DNA from: Azolla caroliniana
Taxonomy: Eukaryota; Plantae; Polypodiophyta
Assembly (NCBI GenBank): GCA_043228905.1
Contig: JBHGNT010000022.1
Coordinates: forward strand, 9,796,001-9,860,000
Direction of reading: 5' to 3'
DNA: 64,000 bases
The notes under the pieces are model-generated. The model was not told the DNA's origin and made no database searches. It worked only from the letters and a program-made list of their open reading frames with translations. Each line of letters begins with the position of its first letter. Positions within the stretch are counted from its first letter, which is position 1. The translations under genes were made by a program, and so were the position numbers. Shown here piece by piece: positions 60,190-64,000 of the stretch.

Positions 60190-63100
60190 GTGATTGGTTA
60201 CAATTTGGGAAGGCCCAAGATCATGATGGATTGGTTGGTGAGCACTTTATCTATGCTCATGACATATTGCTCCTATTGCTAGCACGTATCTTTAATAGAG
60301 CTATGTGTGAAGGTTTCCCTACTAGATGAATAGAACATACTGTGAAGTCAATTTCTGTTTGTAAGAAAAGACTGTTGCAAATACATTAGATGCTAAGATG
60401 TCTAAGAATAAAGCGTGACATAACAAGTTCAAGTATTAAACGAGGAAGGAACTTAAAGGAATATAAGGTTAGAGGCATTTTTTCAAAAGTAGAAAAAAGC
60501 AAGGCGTGGATATGAAGATTTAGGTAAAGAAAAAAGCTCATAACTTCTTCATCTAATATCCAAATTTCAAAAGAAAAGATTCATAAAGAAGATGAAAACG
60601 AGAGCTTTCTAAAAAGATATTGTATGACAAATTTGGGATTACAATAGGGAAAATAATGATATAAAAAGTACACCTCACATCAACTCGAGTGTATTTTAAA
60701 AAACACAACCAGAATAACACAACCAAAAACCTATAAATAGGAGGGTATTCTTAGCCATAGGGGTGAGTGAGGAAGTATAGAAGGTCTACAAGAAGTGAGA
60801 AGAGTCTTGGTAGGAGGGAAGAAGGGAGGTCTATTTTTCGTTTAGAGTCATAGAAAGAAAAAAAGGTCTATGTAGTTGAGTTTTTAGTTGGAGTCTACGA
60901 ACCTTGTATTGTTCTCCTAATGGTATAGTATAACATTCCTTTCTCTTCCTCTTCTCTTCTCTATCTTTTCTCTACCTCTCTTCATCACATACCATTGTGC
61001 CAATCCTCAAGGGTGGAGACTCCATGATGCCAAGCAACAATAGGACAACCATGATTGACCATTACTTGGCTAAACTATATGGCTCGATCGTAGAGTCAGA
61101 ATTGAGTATGTGGGCAGAGCAAAATGGCTGCTGTTCAGCTGGACAGGCAGGCTTTCAGAAGGGGTTCACAACTTTGGATCACATATTGACCCTCTTAGCC
61201 CTTATCGAGGAGAACGGAGCCAATAATAAGAGGACTTGTTGCTGCTTTGTGGATTTCCAAAAAGCCTTTGACATGGTGCACGTGCTCGGCTTATGCAATG
61301 GCTAGAAGCCCTTGGTGTCCCTACAGATATGCATGGGGAATCTACGCATTATATGAATCTGTGTCACGAAAAGTGCGGTCTCCTATAGTTTGTCAGAGGT
61401 GGTGGCTAGCACAATCAAAGTAAAACAAGGATGTCCATTATCAGCCACTCTCCTCATTCTCTATGTAGATGAGGTATCACATTACATAGAGAGATTAAGG
61501 GGTTCGGGAGCATGCCTAACAGGTGTAGCTATACAAATATTACTATATGTTGATGATATTGTGCTAATTTTTTACTCTCGAAAGGGACTACAAAGACATC
61601 TGAACACCTTAAAACTATTTTGTTCAGCCGAAGGTTTGTCAATAAACATGGGTTAAACTAAAGTGATGGTGTTTAATACCAATTCAAGCGTGGGTGGCAA
61701 GATCAGAACCAGAATTCTTCTTGGGAGAGGAAAAGGTGGCATACACATGGTCCTACACATACCTCGGAATAACATTTACAGGGTCTAGGTTCTCCTTACA
61801 AGAGGCTGTTCATACCCGACTTTCTCGCGGATATGCAGCCCTTGGTGCTCTCGATAGACAATGAGCACATTTACAATTCCAAGAGCCACGAACTAAATTG
61901 TGGCTATTTGATACACTTGTGACACTGACTCTTCTCCATGGAGTAGAAGCGTGGGAACAAATCTTTAACAAGGCAAATAACTAGAAAGATCTAGATAGAC
62001 TTTTAGTGTCAATGATTGCTCCAATGATAAGAGCAAAACACAGGTGCACCATGATATAATCTGAGCTGAGATGGGAGCAGCCCCTATAATCATCAGGGCA
62101 TTATTCCGATCAGTGATCTTTATCCAATGACTTTGGGAGCTCCCTAGAGGAAGGTACTCAAGGTTGGCACTTATGTCATCAAGGGAACTTGCTGAACATG
62201 GAGACATTCATTGTTGGTATGTTAAAATGCAGCAATGCTTCGAGTCACATGACCATAAGCATAAATGCACTACCTCTGTTCCAATATAGCTTGGACTTTC
62301 CCCATCTATACATGACCAAACTGGAAAAGAATAGAGTGATCCAAACTGACATTATTAACTTGGAAAACAAGATAACATGGATCAGCCCCAAAATATCACT
62401 TGGTGCAAAGATGGCCCATGATAAGACACACTTCTTACACAAATCGGAGGATAGATTCATCATCAGGCCACCTTATATGGACATACATCTATCCTATGCA
62501 ATGCGCAGTGTAATAGGGCAGCTACAAACTTCATCACATCAGTTACAGATTGAGGTAGGCAGATATACACGAATACCTCTAGAAGAAAGAATTTGCCAAT
62601 TGTTTCATCAAGGAGTGGAATCCGAAGAACACTATGTTTGTCACCGTAGTGTCTTTTATGAAATCAGAGGGAGATACCATCGCCTCTTTAAACAAGGCTT
62701 TGGCCTGCTACGCAAGGTAATGGAATATGAGGACCAACGGTGCCTAGGACTTTTCTTGCTAGAGCTCAAGAGACATCGAGAAAAGTTGTTGACGAATACA
62801 GCCACACAAGCTCACCCACAAAAAACAATCACAATTTTCTTTAGCCCCATCACTCCTACTAATGTTACAAGTCAATCAAGGGATACACAAATGGGCTCCC
62901 GACCAAGACACAACAAAGGGGTTACAATTGATCAGGCAATAGCAATTTGTCGTGCACGTAGGCCCTGGCCCCATGGACCATGGCCTCAACACCCTTGTCA
63001 TCGACGGACAAAAGCCATTATCTCCCGGCATCGCAAGTGCTTCCCTCGCTTCGGAGACCTTTCCATTCTGGATCGACCTATGCTAGAGATCTTTCAAAGA

Positions 63101-63327
63101 CAAAAGTTACAATATATCTAACTTGAGAATCTCACATGTGCCGAAAACCGGTTTCCCTCATCTCCTTTTATCTTATTTGCTTTTATATTTACGGAGTAAT
63201 ATTTATTTTATTTTGATTTGTTGTTCTCAGAGACGAGGCAACACTTAAGATGTAATCTCTTGTTTGGTCTTATAGGCTATTTTGGCCTCTTAAAAGACAT
63301 TAATATATCTTTCTTTCTCTCTCTCTT
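60190..63327 (+). mobile_element. RTE/RTEX-like LINE, 5'-truncated and decayed, antisense within the presumed first BTS intron
   Basis: GKAQDHDGL, QAGFQKG, CFVDFQKAFD, VKQGCPLS, LLYVDDIV, TSSHQLQIEVGRY...ERICQL...ESEEHYVC; CT-rich tail near 63308-63327. Confidence 0.9.
60341..60987 (+). mobile_element. Solo LTR inserted in the LINE
   Basis: TG...CA ends, perfect 5-bp TSD CATAC, TATAAATA at 60732; the LINE frame IEHT|IVPILKGGD rejoins when it is removed. Confidence 0.88.
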
Positions 63328-64000
63328 CCCCTCCCCCCCAATAGGTCATGGACAATAAAAATCTTTTCTATTTGATTCTCCTAATCTCTATCTCATTGAG
63401 GTGGTTAAGTGAGAGAAAATGGCAAGTGGGAGATTTTGAGTCATCATCTAGAATTCCGAGGTTGTTTTATCTTGCCAACTACCACAATTGCTCTATATGC
63501 GCCTCTCTACAACTTTTATGTTGTTAAATTCTATTTTGAGCACAGAAGGCAAGCCTCTAGTTGGTCCAGTTTGCATTGAGTTCCAACGTGTGCCATCTCG
63601 TTTTATACGTATAAAACTTGTTTCAAACATTGCTGGCCAGTTTGACAGCCTGAACTCTTTAACCTAGATCATCCAAACAGATTCAAATGTTTTCACATCT
63701 CTAACTCATCCTCAAAATTTTAAATGTGACTCAATCAACACCAATTGTTGTCTCTAGAAACATTCATTACAATCACTCTCTGATTGCTTGAAATTATTGA
63801 CTTCCAGGCTACGTTGACATATAACTGATATCCTGCTGCTACTTTTCCTTTCCCACTGATTTTGGATTCAAAACAATAAGATTTTATTATCCGCTTATTA
63901 AATGAATGTGGTATCTTTAATAAGACCATGTCATGAACATTAGAAATGTTCACATATATGTTAGTATATTTTTGGATGCTGATGTTTCCTACACATAATT

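Overview
Eukaryotic nuclear DNA from a land plant. Spliced genes, a PLS-class PPR remnant, Tcn1-type chromoviruses and microsatellite-tailed RTE/RTEX-like LINEs point to a non-seed plant such as a fern (inference). Bases 1-40 kb are a nest of transposons: two Tcn1-like Gypsy chromoviruses (one intact, 22678-28612, LTRs identical by eye), two decayed Copia elements, a non-autonomous tRNA-Trp-primed LTR element and related solo LTRs, hAT and Mutator non-autonomous elements, LINE remnants and a PPR pseudogene. Bases 41-58.5 kb hold two minus-strand host genes, an LPEAT1-like lysophospholipid acyltransferase and a BRUTUS-like hemerythrin/CHY/RING E3 ligase whose first exon was not found in the window. 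Most notable observations: (1) tRNA-derived A-box/B-box modules at the same place (U3, antisense, 115-181 bp upstream of the TATA box) in five LTRs from two dissimilar LTR families, including the intact autonomous element; (2) a Tf1-type 11-bp self-priming structure with a compensatory change between two elements; (3) an LTR family that appears to make 4-bp CpG-centred target duplications; (4) a -1 frameshift signal at the gag-pol junction. All coordinates and alignments were read by eye and no database searches were run.
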